DNA from: Lingula anatina | Lineage: Eukaryota; Animalia; Brachiopoda | DNA length: 64,000 bases | Reading direction: 5' to 3' | Assembly: GCA_051362555.1 (NCBI GenBank) | Contig: CM120641.1 | Location: forward strand, 41,484,401-41,548,400 | Part shown: positions 11,440-23,700 of the stretch, one piece after another | Layout: each line of letters opens with the position of its first letter | Numbering within the stretch: the stretch's first letter is position 1 | Position numbers and translations under genes: made by a program | The notes under the pieces: generated by a model | The model's database searches: none | Told to the model about the DNA's origin: nothing | What the model saw: the letters and a program-made list of their open reading frames with translations, nothing else

Positions 11440-12482
11440 AGCCATGTGAATTCTGCTGTGGCCTGAACAGTCAAAGTCCTTTAGAACTTGGTCTATGTCC
11501 ATCTTGAGCTCTCTGTGAACATGTTGATGTTTCAATGACGATAATCGTTTGTCAGACATGGTAGATCTTAAATAGCTCTTGAGACGTCTCACCGCATTAT
11601 CACTGAGAACCAGGCCATACTCCCACTTTATTTTCGTTCATTCTTCGTCGGTCAGGTTGGACAGCTGCTGTGGGATCAAACTCTTTGCCAACAGTCGTGG
11701 GAAAGAAGTGCAAAGACGAGTCGAAATATCCTAAATCACATGGTCAGCAAAAGAGAATGCATTGACACGCCAGTAATCTTTGGGAGATGCCGCCATTGCA
11801 TTGTTTTGGTGGATTTGACTCACTGCCCTCCTGGGGACAGACAACACTACGTCATGTTGGGGAACAAATTCCACCATTTCCCCCAACACCTGGCGGTAGA
11901 AGCCCGACGAGATTCTCAAGGTCGAGATCCAAGTCCATGATGGTAGATGTTATCAGACCTGCTAAAGCTTCGCCGGTTGTTGCCTCAGTGCTGGCAAAAG
12001 TGACAAGCTTCTCTTGCACTTGAAATGTGGAATCTACGTAGCGGAGGGAAAGGGAGTTTTGCATTGTGTTATTGACATCTGCCGTTTCGTCGGCCAGGAT
12101 GGAGAAATACAGGACAGCTTTGCATTCACGAATAATGCTTTCTTGGACTTGTTTGGCCATCAGGTCTAGTAATTCATTCTGAATGAGAGGCGATTTATAT
12201 TGAGCGTTTCTTGGGCCCTTCACAATGTGCTGAGTCACAGTGTCAGATGCTGACAACCGAAGAAACGCGAAAAAAAATTGATCGTTCTTCAGTCTTTCCT
12301 CTTATTGGCACGTTTTGTTGTGCCAGCACGTCGACAGTGTTTTGGCTATGGATCTCAGAATGTCTCCGTTTGTTTGGACGCGTTCCTTATAGGCATGGGA
12401 TAGATGCTGAGTGATACTTGCTTCTACCCCATTGCAGATGTGAAGAAACCCTACAGCCCTTTGAACAGCGGCGCCGTGTCCC
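11440..12482 (-). pseudogene. Decayed hAT transposase (ZMYM1/DUF4371-like)
   Basis: Translates to QQNVPIRG..PRNAQYKSPLIQNELL..YFSILADETADV..SLRYVD and, near 11460-11590, the dimerisation region RRLKSYLRSTMSDKRLSSL..VHRE. Frameshifted and internally deleted. Confidence 0.88.
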
Positions 12483-12531
12483 TGGGAAAAAGATAAATCT
12501 TCAGTGTTCAGTGACTAAAATAATTAAAATT

Positions 12532-12870
12532 TACACATTATCATCTTACGGGTGACGTCTTAATTGCTTTTTTAGGGGTAAAAACTGAAAAATCGGTATT
12601 CACCTGAGCACCCATGATCACCGTTTCAACACTTATTTCAAGACACCATTTAGTACTCCAATACCCTGCCAGCGTTTTTCTTGAAAGTCTTAGTTCAGAT
12701 GTTTTTCGTTGATAATGCTAAATAATGCCTTTGTTAAATGAAAATCTGTAATTAGGGGCTCATAACTCCATAACCATAACATTTACACCAAAATGACACT
12801 CCTGGTCTCTTCCAATTTTCATGATATAATATTCTTCAGGGATGAAGTTACGTCTCATACTGATTTTTAC
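12532..12870 (+). repeat. Interspersed repeat, second copy at about 24372-25050
   Basis: Shared blocks GACACCATTTAGTACTCCA, AAGTCTTAGTTCAGAT and TGAAAATCTGTAAT..GCTCATAACTCCATAAC. Confidence 0.8.
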
Positions 12871-12973
12871 ATCTTTACTGTATCTGTGATACTCAATTTC
12901 AAGTTATTTAACACTTGAGCCCTAGGGCTCATCACAATGGAATACAGTGACAATATAAAGTTATATCAAAGCA

Positions 12974-13012
12974 GCTACTACTACTACTACAACAACAACT
13001 ACTACTGATACA

Positions 13013-13051
<39 letters not shown>

Positions 13052-13095
13052 TACTACTGATACTAATACTAAAACTTCTACTAGTAATAATAATA
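12974..13095. repeat. (ACT/AAC/AAT)n microsatellite, probably the tail of the adjacent minus-strand LINE
   Basis: Direct observation. It abuts the 3' end of the LINE fragment. Confidence 0.85.
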
Positions 13096-13129
13096 CATCG
13101 GACTGGCGCACATTTTAAGTATTTTCCTA

Positions 13130-13520
13130 AGTTGTTTAATTGTGAGACATTGCTAAGTGATAATTTAATTAGTTTGAAGACGCTTCGCTTTGCATTATAT
13201 AGTTTCCTGATGTACTTCTGCCTAATCGCACTGTAGTGAGGGCATTTAAGGGTTGGTGAAATTAATCCTCTATATCATTTAAATCGTATAATTTACAAAT
13301 TCTTAATTTTTTATTTGTGTCTGTGTACCTTCCAGTCTCTACAGCTAGATTATGTGATTAAAGCCTAAATTTAGCGATAAATTCCTTTTTTTTTCGTGAA
13401 ATTGGCTTATTCAAATAAAATTGCACTGTGAAATTATCAACAAGATGTTGATACAATAGACCTTTACTCGCTGTGAAAAATTCCCTGGCCAATGCTTGTC
13501 TTAAATGATCTTTGTTCTAT
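13130..13520 (-). mobile_element. Non-LTR retrotransposon ORF2 C-terminal remnant
   Basis: Minus strand reads IAKFRL*SHNLAVETGRY..RICKL..IED*FH..KCPHYSAIRQKYI, the characteristic LINE C-terminal Cys/His region. Confidence 0.82.
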
Positions 13521-13554
13521 CAAACTTTCAAATATAGATCTGTGGGTGGTGGAA

Positions 13555-14330
13555 GCACCTGGGCAAAGCAGTATTTCAGACCTAATAAAGAATGGTGGAA
13601 TGAGGAGCTCCAGATAATGTGGGAAAATGTCGGGCATTCAGGACGCCTTTGTGATCAGTGAAATCAAATAGTTGAATCTCTTTACATTTGAAAAATGATT
13701 ATGTAAGCAAACGTCGCACTTTTGATCGTGCTAAACAACGAGCAAAACGCCAGTTTCGACGTAGATCGCAAGAAGAACTCAAAAACAAACCACTGATCCA
13801 CGGAGCTTCTGGAGAGATATCGGTCGTATTGGAATTCAGAAGGATAGGAAAAGCACCATGCCCATGGATGTAGTGTGAGATGATGGAACTGTTTCCACGG
13901 ATGTCACTGAGGTTTTATTGAAATGGCAAAATGACTATGCCGGTCTATTTAGTGTCTTAGATACAAATTGTGACAGTTTTGATAAATCTTTCTTAGACCA
14001 GGTTAATGGCAACCTTTAAAGTTATAGACAGGGTGAACTAGATACTGTCATTAATCCTATACCTAAAGGTAATGGTGTTAATTTATGAGATCCACTAGCT
14101 ATAGAATATAGAGGAATAACATTATCGTCTAGCATATATAAGATATACACATCTATTCTGAACAGGAGATTATCAAAGTGGGCCGAAGATAATGAAATAA
14201 TAGTTGATGAGCAGCCAAATGGTTTTAGACAAGACCGTGGGTGTTAAGATCACATGTATGTAATGTTTGGTATTATAGGAAATAGTTTAAAGCAAAAGCA
14301 GATCATATACAGTGTATGCGTGTTACATAA
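13555..14330 (+). mobile_element. Non-LTR retrotransposon ORF2 fragment (pre-RT and RT N-terminus)
   Basis: KEWWNEEL..., YRGITLS..ILNRRLSKWAEDNEIIVDEQ/NGFRQDRGC*DH; contains stops and frameshifts. Confidence 0.82.
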
Positions 14331-14334
14331 AACA

Positions 14335-14870
14335 GTTTTTAGTGCACCCTAAAGACAAATCGGAGCAAAAAGAAGGCGTATACACCATTGGTTGCAAAAA
14401 TCGTGAGAAGTGTTCGTAGGAGAGACCAAACGTAAACTATCAGAAAGAGTTAAAGAACACAGAATAGAAGTTGAGAAAATGGACAATACGATGGTTTACA
14501 CCAGAGACAGAGGTAAAGAATCGGATACACAAATGTGGAAATCTGCTCTCACAGATCACTCAGTAAAAGAGAATCACATCATTGATTGGGACAGCGCCAG
14601 AATAATAGACAAAGAGAGCGAAGACTTTGCCAGAGGTGTCAAGGAGGCCATACATATAAGAACTTTAAAGAACTTCAATAGGGACGACGGGCGCTTCCAG
14701 CTGGCCCACATCTATGATGACCTTTTGGGCCAGGGGGCGTAGGGGACATTTATAGGATAACTGGCCAATAAATCCATCTCAGCGTTAGATCATCACCGCA
14801 TGACCAGTTTGGCCCGAGGAAGGGCCCTTGAGTAGAGCCGAACATTTGAAGGTAGGAAAGCATTGTCTGT
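14335..14870 (+). mobile_element. Penelope-like element 3' end (GIY-YIG endonuclease plus pLTR remnant)
   Basis: HPKDK..GVYTIGC..FVGETKRKLSERVKEH..SALTDH..HIIDWD..KEAIHIR..NRDDG. A hammerhead-like core follows the stop codon. Confidence 0.9.
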
Positions 14871-14889
14871 GCTATTATTAATTCAACAA

Positions 14890-16950
14890 TTCATACCATC
14901 TTCACATCCGAAAGCTTACTGCACTTGAGATGCTGAACTACCCTGATGAATACAGTTAACATCCACAGTATAGCTATACTGGCAAGTTGGCAGGGGATGT
15001 TGTCTTTGTTGAACCGTATGATGACGGACTTAGAACTGTTTGTGGGCCTGGTTACTGGTCAGGTTTAGTTCACCTGTATGCTGCAAGCACTGCTCTAAAA
15101 GTACCACTCCATCCGTACTGTTGGCCAATTCTCCATACTGAATTCCTGTCAGTGCCTCTGACAAGAGCTATATATGGGAGTGGGGCTTCAACCAAGCACC
15201 GTCTGGATATAAGACTAACTTTAATGTGGACTAATACCTCAGTGCCTGCCACTCAGGATGACTTTAGACCAAACCAATTTGTGGTTCTGGTGAAAAACAG
15301 GTTGCAAAGGCATGAGAAAACATAAACCTGACATTTAAAGATATGAACACATCAGATTCCCTCCCAGATATAATCACCATAGGTCCGCCCATCTCACCCC
15401 AGCAAACAGATGTTGACCCTGATGAACAGACCTTCCTCCACCTGGTCTGCTCTTCGTGTGCCAAGATAGGCCACAACAGGTGAGTGAGTCAGGTCAGGTA
15501 GAGACAGCACGCCCCCTGCCGACGACCGTCAATATTGTGACATCATATCTGTCATACCTGTCATTGTCTGAGATCATTCACTCCAATTCGGACGTGTGAC
15601 AGACGATCGACGATCCTAAGCAATCTGACAGAGCAACAGCCACAGCGATCACTCTCCAATTCAGTAGGCTAAGTAGACACAGTGAATATTTTAAGACCTT
15701 ACTAAAGGGAAAGGAAAGACCACATTTAGCCATTGTTGAGTGTATTGGAAATTTCCCTGGGAGAGCTGCACATCGGAATGCAAGAAAAACAACAAGGGCA
15801 TACATCAGAACACAACCACACGTTCTCGAAAGAAATGGAACAGCTACCTGTAGCAACACTTGGAAACCCAAAAGCCATTTATGAGGACCTCATTCGTGAA
15901 GCACCAAGAGAACAAGACAAGCCTTCAAACTTGCGCCAGGTGCAAAATAAATTGCAGAAATCAAAGGCAAGAAGTGATGGTGCAAGCAGTGGAGGGACCA
16001 ACTTGGCTGCAACTGTGAATTATCTTCAGAGTCAAATTCGCCACAGTCAATAAAGTGCCAACAATTTGTTACACTGACAAACAGATTCAGAACTTGAAGC
16101 GTTTTTGTTGCTCAGGTCCTGTGGCACAAGCCACAGTTCTTGGAGTTGATAAGACCCACAATTTAGGCCAATGCCACTTCACCACTATGGTATTCAAAAA
16201 CTTAAGTATTGTGCTAAACGACACAAACTCTTATGCGATATTTTTCTTTTCTACTATTGCAATAGAACTGTCTGTTGACGCAACCCGTTATTGGTTCGGA
16301 TGAAGAAAAAAATTCGAAAGGCAACGCGCTTTACTTTCCAGGTACAAAACTGATATCATGCCAGCGGCATTTAAAACAAAACATAACATTGTACTTGAGG
16401 GACAGAGTTAGTGTGTCTTTAGAAGGAAGAAGACAACTTGTTTCACTTATATTTGGAGAAATCGGACTTACATATTCCAGTTCGTAGCTGATATTCGAAC
16501 GTAGGTTAGAAGATGTGCTCCAATTTATAAGGAACAGTGTTCCAGAGTTAAGAGTATATTTCACTGAACACATACTGCCTATCTTAAGGGATAACCAGGA
16601 CACAGCACTGTGTAGACGTGAAGTTGTACAGGGATGGACAATTGTGATCTTTGAACCACATTTTGAAATTAAGAACAGGATGGAAATAATATGACAATTC
16701 AAAGTTGGTAGATTCGTTGGAAAAGCTCGTTTGTAACTACTATGACAACGTAGAGAGTGCGTTTATACAAAGGGGAGAATTTCAGCTAGCTGATGGGTAT
16801 AAGGACGTCATGAACTTCAATGATTGGAAGAGAAGATCCCCGGAGCAGTGAGGACGACACATGAAAAAATGCCTTTCAACCCCAAAGATGCTAAAGCCAA
16901 TGGGTGCATTTGAAGAGCTGTACGTACTCCAGTCACCATCACCTGCCATG
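14890..16950 (+). mobile_element. Decayed Mutator-like (MULE) element with an N-terminal vertnin-like domain
   Basis: 14920-15320 reads ALEML..WSGLVHLYAASTALKVPLHPYCWP..LMWT..FRPNQFVVLV (vertnin-like). 16055-16480 reads YTDKQIQNLKRFC..VLGVDKTHNLG..GSDEEK..FPGTKLISCQRHLKQN (DDE residues and the MULE CxxH motif). Multiple stops and frameshifts. Confidence 0.72.
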
Positions 16951-17139
16951 AAGTATTCAATTTGACCTTTTCAAAATTTATCCCCCCCCCCAAAAAAAAA
17001 AAAAAAAAAAAAAAAACGAAAATAAAAGAAAATGTAAAACTATATTGTTTAACGACAGATCTTACATGTAGGAACTTGCTTATAATTAAGGGGCACTTTT
17101 GTTATTTACACGCGAATAACAGCGCACTCTGCCGGCGAT

Positions 17140-17451
17140 ACATACACGTATGATTAGTGAAAGCACCTGCAAGTTAACTATATACATAAATAGAAATACA
17201 CTTAGTAGATGGCTTGGATCAAAGGGCGCTCCAGCAGAAGGATTTGGGCATTGGTCCACCAAAGTACACGTACCATGTCCCAAGTGTCCCGTCAAAGCTT
17301 CGTGAGGTATGGAGAAGACAGAATGAAGGCAATAGGCAGCACGCCTGACACTGAGTGTGTCAGATATAAGGTGAGACGTATATACGCGCCAGGTCTATTT
17401 TTGAAGGGCTAGCTTGGCGTTTAATTTCTGAACTCGTGCATGCATACGTGC

Positions 17452-17488
<37 letters not shown>

Positions 17489-17965
17489 AAAGTGGATGAG
17501 TTTTCGCCCATACGTTAGAAAGCACCCAACTGGTCATTGCATTGCAGTCAAGCCTTGTATAAGACCATCACCCTTCTGCTGTGAAAGTATTATCAGTACA
17601 TATTAATTGTGACTTGATATTTATTGAATAAAAACGAATGAAGACGATTAAGAAATAATTTTTAAAATGCGCCCATAACATAGTTAAATGTTAATTGTGT
17701 TATTCTCCACGTAATCTTTTTTTTACAGAGTCGGTGATACATGTGTTAGTAATGAGAAGTTATATTCGTGTGCCTTTGAATGTCTTTTGATTCACTAACA
17801 CCCGCATTGCAGGTTTTTATTGGCGCACTTAACAAGCCTAGCACTGTGCGATATGTTTGTTTCTACCTAGCATGACTTACAAGTACACAATGTGAAATGT
17901 GAGCGATTCTTAGTGAAATTAATGCACTGAAACAAATATTTCCTGGTTTTTTGCTGGAAAGTAAC
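17140..17965 (+). repeat. Segmental duplicate of about 20740-21530 (MCCC2-like exon 1 and start of intron 1)
   Basis: Colinear similarity including the (GT)n tract, GAAAGTGGATGAGTTTTCGCCCATACGTTAG and TTTTGATTCACTAACACCCGCATTG. Confidence 0.92.
17209..17370 (+). CDS. Duplicated first exon of the MCCC2-like gene (candidate alternative exon 1, mitochondrial presequence)
   Basis: 54 open codons [24 protein letters not shown] followed by a GTGAGA donor, in the same phase as 20795-20962. TATA-like TATACATAAA at about 17181. Confidence 0.6.
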
Positions 17966-17974
17966 AGCAGTATT

Positions 17975-18200
17975 GAACTCCTAAAGGTACGCTTAAATTG
18001 ATATGTGAACCATTATTATTGCTTAACGACGCATGTGTGCTTTAGAACATTACTTCTAAATTGACACAGTAACCGATTCTTGACATCAGTTTCTGGATTG
18101 GTAGTGAATGTTTTATTAAGTTGTACAGTAAACGCTGGCATTTTGGAGAAAATGGCGCGCGCTCTGCCTCTTAACGTACACGGCACAAAAATTTATCTTT
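17975..18200 (+). pseudogene. Decapitated fourth SCP copy (upstream region plus first ~7 codons)
   Basis: Aligns with 6633-6835 and ends TTTTGGAGAAAATGGCGCGCGCTCTGCCTC. It then jumps to CACGGCACAAAAATTTATC, which resembles the downstream minisatellite unit. Confidence 0.82.
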
Positions 18201-18994
18201 CCGATTTTTCAGCCTCTGCAGAATGCCGTAGGAACTGTGCAAGCTAGGCTTTACTAAGCGCTACTGAACCGCCTTGCTATAATTTTCTCCAACAACACAA
18301 CACAGTGGAGTGCCCGAGTGTATACCTGTTAGCAACTGGCAAATGCTTAGTATTTCTTGGGCCTTGGTTTGTGACTGACATTTAAGTACATGAGATTTTA
18401 ATGGAACTGAAATATTTATATTGTTAATTTCTTCAAAAGTTTGATTTTAACTTCTCAGGTTTCCTTTATACCACCAGAATGTGTGCTCATCCTGGCCATA
18501 AGATCATCTCACTTGAGGAAGCAACCCATTTTCGCGAGTGTAATTTCTGTTTGTAGATTTTGCTAAAAGAAGTATAAATCAATAAGTATTGCAGGTTGTT
18601 AACCAAACTAAATGTGCCAAATATTCGTACTGTAAGCTGTCAGTAAAAAGAATGTCCTTTGGAAACAAGTTATACCATCCAAGCAAATTGGAGGCCTATA
18701 ATGTCGTTAGTAAGGCTAATTTAACCTTGACGTGGTTGAAAGGCTTGGCTCGGTTGTGTACCAGTACTCACTAGCACTCTTCCAGCTTCCCTATGACAAT
18801 AACGATCAAGGTCACATGAGAGTATTCGTCAATTTGGTTCACAGATTATACCAAAATCACTTCTAATATAAAAGACAATTTTTACAAGGAAAAAGTACTT
18901 CAAATAGGTAATGAATCAGTCAATCAATCAATGCAAATATATATATATAAAACACACTGTATGGCATCAACAACTTTAGATGCATATGTATATA

Positions 18995-19236
18995 CAGTGG
19001 CGGATTTAGAGGGGGTCAGGAGGCTCCTGACCTCCCCCCATTCGATTTCTGGTCCCCTCTAGAAATTAGAACTTTGAATAACTGAATCATAGTTCTAAAC
19101 CGTACCAATTGGCACCGTTCGCCCTCTAAAATACCAATTTTTTGGCCCTTCATCGGGCCCCGAACCCCACGCCGAGTTTGGGGGAGGGGGGATCGCATCC
19201 GCGGACCCCCTTCAAATAATCCTGGATCGGCCCCTC
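18995..19236. mobile_element. hAT-like MITE (CAGTGGCGGAT family)
   Basis: CAGTGGCGGAT...ATCGGCCCCTC, inserted in a TATATA context. Confidence 0.7.
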
Positions 19237-19322
19237 TATATACAGTTCGCAAAAGCACAGATTGTCTCTGGTGGATTCACCCTATCATCAATTTCAATGT
19301 CAATTTCAACATCTTGCAAAAG

Positions 19323-19366
<44 letters not shown>

Positions 19367-19651
19367 AATTGTTGTAACTTGCGTGAAGTATCTGCTTAAT
19401 TACTTCACCTTTCCCCACTCAGTCTGAGCTCAGATCAGTAGAAGTCTCATTTTCAGTCAAATTTACAAGGACGAGGTTTCGGCGACAAAGACGCTCCCTG
19501 TCGAAGAGACTAATGAAGGTCTCCACCACGATGCTCTCTTGTAGAGGGTACAGAAACGATGTTCACACCACTGGCTACATCTTCTCGACGCTCACTAACA
19601 AACATTCAGTTCCGACATCCATTACACAATCATTTCTGGCGGGAAACTTTT

Positions 19652-19687
<36 letters not shown>

Positions 19688-20794
19688 CCGGACGAGCCTC
19701 CATGTGTCACAGATTGTTTTTATTGGTAAAAACACTCGACTGTGCAGTAGATCTAGAAGTATTATATTTAAACTGTAGAAAAATAAAGAGTGAGGATAGA
19801 TATAATAATTTGCATGACCGTTCTGGTCAATTACCAAGAGAGAGTCAATCTATATGTTACAACGAATAAAACAATTAATTTAAACAAAATAACTGATAAA
19901 AAAAATACACCCGTTTAATTATATGACTAAATAAATGGCAATAGAATTTGAAAGAATGATTAACTCACCTGTAGAAATAAAGAGTGAAGACCGTTCTGGT
20001 CAATTTCCAAAGAGAGAGTGAATAAAGGGCGTGGCAAACGACTCTGATCACTTGAGCACGGCTCTTATCACGTGGAAGAATTATCCCATCAATGCCCACC
20101 AAAGAGAAAGAAAGAAAGAAAGAAAGCGATACATACAATCTAAAAATGGGTATGGTAAAAAATACACGAGATGGGACTTTATACGCCGTCACATTCTACC
20201 CCCCCCCTAAATAAATGGTCTCCTGACCATTTACTTTAATTGAGCTGCATATTTGTTATTTCTATATAGGCAAATTATTGTTATCAAAATATCAAATGTA
20301 TTCAGCAAGCCCTTGCTTGCAGATCACCCAAAATTAATAAATTTTACAAACCCTCCGTCTAAAGTTATGCAAAGAGAAACATTTAATAAGTTATTTTACG
20401 CACTGAGAAAATATGACCTTGTGGTACCTCAGAATTTCCTTCACGGTGGGCACTTGCTGGGCGCTGAATTCCCAAATCCTCGGCTTTACGCGACGTACAT
20501 GTAATTTATTTTCTGAGCTCAGAATGTGTACTATTAAGAAGCACCCTGATATCAGAGGGTACATGTAGGTGACACCAGGGGCCCGTAACTCAAAAGCATC
20601 GCGCATTGCGAATAGCGATATCACATAGAGGCTACACTGTATTATATGGGACGAGTATGGGCGAGTTATGGAATCGAGACGCTTGCTCTCGGTCTGAACC
20701 CTGGATTATTTGCTACGAAACACTACGCACTTTGCTGGTGTTACATATGCAAGAGTGCCCGCGAAATCAAAACCATATATAAAGCGATAGATTG

Positions 20795-23700
20795 ATGGCT
20801 TGCATCAAGAGGGCGTGCTGCAGGGGGATTTGGGCAAGGGCCCACCAAATGAGACTTACTAGTACTATGTCTCGTGTGTACGGTCAAAGCTTTACAAAGT
20901 GTTGGGAAGACAGAATGGAGCCAGTAGGCAGCAAGCCTGACACTGAGTGTGTCAGATATAAGGTGAGACATATATACTCGCCATGTCTATTTTTGAAGGG
21001 CTTGTCGTTTCTGAACTCCTGTGCCCGCGTGCATGCATACGTGTGTGCGTGTGTGTGAATGTGTGTGTGTGTGTGTGTGTGTGAAAGTGGATGAGTTTTC
21101 GCCCATACGTTAGAGTGCATCCATCTGGTCATATTATGCATGGCAAGTCAAGCCTTGTATAAGACCACCACCCTTCTGCTGTGGTATTCTCAGTATTCTC
21201 AGTATATATTAATTGTGAATTGATATTTATTGAATAAAAACGAATAAGAAATAATTTTAAAAAATGTGTCCATAACATCTTTAAATGTCAATTTTTTATT
21301 ATTTATATAAGTTATGAGGAGTTAAACTCGTGTGCCTTTGAAATGGCTTTTGATTCACTAACACCCGCATTGGAGATTTTATTGAGTTAACATGCAAGAT
21401 TCGTACTGTACAATATGTTGGCTCCTGTTATCTCTCATGACTTACAAGTGCGCAGTATAAAATGTGTGCCATTCTTAGTGAAATTTATGCACTGACACAA
21501 AATTTTCCTAATTGTTGCTTGAAAATAACTTGGCGATCATGTTATTGATATTTACTTTATTGCATTATATGTAAATGTTCTAAATTCACAATTATGTAAT
21601 TTCATGTGACAGAATCGAATCGTTTTATAATGAAAAATAGGATTTAACATGACAAGCATACAGTTTTTAATAAAAAACTGGTATCACGTGTTGGTTTCCA
21701 GGAAAATCACGAACACATGAGTTCCTTGGTTACACAGTTAAAGAGAGAGGTCAGGAAGATCACCAAAGGTGAGAATGCACATAATAAGACAGGGGTTCAA
21801 GTTTGACATTATTTTTCACTAAAGTTACTTTTTATAAAATTTGATCTTCAAACATCCATGGCGTTGGCTACGAGTATTCCTTGTATTATCTTCGGCAAAA
21901 CTAGTTCCCTCAACAGTATTACACCTGACAGGTACTCGCTGTATTACAGGTGGAAACGTGACGTCACGGGTCAGCAGTTTGCTACCGAGAGAGCGCATAG
22001 ATCAGTTGCTGGATCCCGGGTAAATATGTTCATAAAACTGAACTAGAGTGAAAAGGAAGTCGACGATTAATATGGTCCTCGCACTCGCCTTATGCCCCAA
22101 ATGTAGTTATCGTATTGTTGTGAATCTTAGTCTTAAAACACTGGACTGACATGCGTTTTCACACAGAGGAAAACTTGTCTAGCATGCATTTGGAAAATTG
22201 GAGACATCAATCTTTTTTTGTGCATAAAAATCATAGAAATATTCATGCGCCCTTGCAAGTATTTCCCCTTCTTCTGAACAACAGCTTCTTTTCAGTTAGC
22301 TTTACATCACTCAGCAATCAATGTGTTCGTATTTTCTCTCCAACTGATATGTGACATTTATTTAAAGAAGTACCGTGCGCTTGTTTCTAAATGTTTTAAA
22401 GGCTGTCCTAAAATGTATGAGACTATTTTGTGCAATGCATATCATGATTCAAGCATTATAAATACATGTAGAAAATTTGTATAAATATAAATATATTAAT
22501 GACATATTTCAGAAGAAAAAATAATATAAGGTATTTCTTAATAAGTCTTAAGTAACCTACTGGTATCTCAGATTAATTTTAGTAACGTATTTGAAAACAG
22601 CTTATTCTTTCCCACCTTTCGTTTCATTAATAAATAACTTACCTCTGCGGCAGTGGCATGCTGATATTAGAAATTAAGTTACCAGTGTCCTCTGAATCTA
22701 GGGGTGATTAATTCTGAATTATAATACAGATTTTCAGTTATACATGTAAGTCCTTCCTAATGATATTTTTTCATATTGATCAAAAGGTCTCCGTTTCTGG
22801 AATTTTCGCAACTTGCTGGTTATAACTTGTATGGTACAGAACAGCTGCCCGCCGGAGGAATAATCACAGGCATTGGGATCGTGTCAGGGTAAGACGATAG
22901 CATGATAGTAACTGGAAACACAGGCATAAAGAAGTAAATTGTGATGGTACTTTATGTAAGTGCTATATATAGTAAGTATGTTATAAGATCTGTTGCTCGA
23001 TCTTTGCACATATCACCCACGCTGTTGAAATTCAATGTTGCGTACTGGTATTGAATAACTTGATTTACTGAAAAAAGGATACACGGGTACTCAGTATAGT
23101 TTTTACAATATAAATAGAAAGCAGCACAATCTTTTTTTCCATTTGTGAAAGACTGAAATGCTTGGTCGTCGCCAATGACTACACAGTTAAGGCAGGAGCT
23201 TTCTATCCCATTACTGTAAAGAAACTCTTGCGGGCTCAAGACATAGCACGAGAGAACCGCTTACCTTGTGTATACTTACGTAAGTTCCTGCTCTTTAAAA
23301 TGGAAATGCTAAAATGTCAAAAAGTTAACTGCTTATGAAACCAGTTACATAGTTGAAAATAATATTCAAAGCTCATTGTGTAACGACATATTTATTTTAA
23401 GATATTTTTTCGCACAGAACTGGTCAGTGTTTGTGTTTCTTTCTCCATGTGTTGTGAAAAAAAAGCACCAACTTCTCAATTTAATCTAATTTATTCACAT
23501 CCAGTATCATGAAATATGCCTTTTTTCGCAGTCCATTCTGGTGGTATCAATCTACAACGCCAGGGAGATGTTTATCCAGACGGCCAGCACTTCGGTAAAA
23601 TATTCTACAACCAAGCGATAATGTCTGCCCAAGGTATTCCGCAGGTACGTATGTGTATACTCGCTTTAAACTAAGATGTTTTAATTTATTGAGAAACACA

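Noticed and set aside
19440-19520. Possible second hammerhead (minus-strand CGAAACCTCGTC)
   Set aside because: No CTGANGA box at a suitable distance.
19420-20100. Possible minus-strand exons (CAG|GTGAGT donor near 19968 and a short open frame)
   Set aside because: No recognisable protein and no consistent exon chain.
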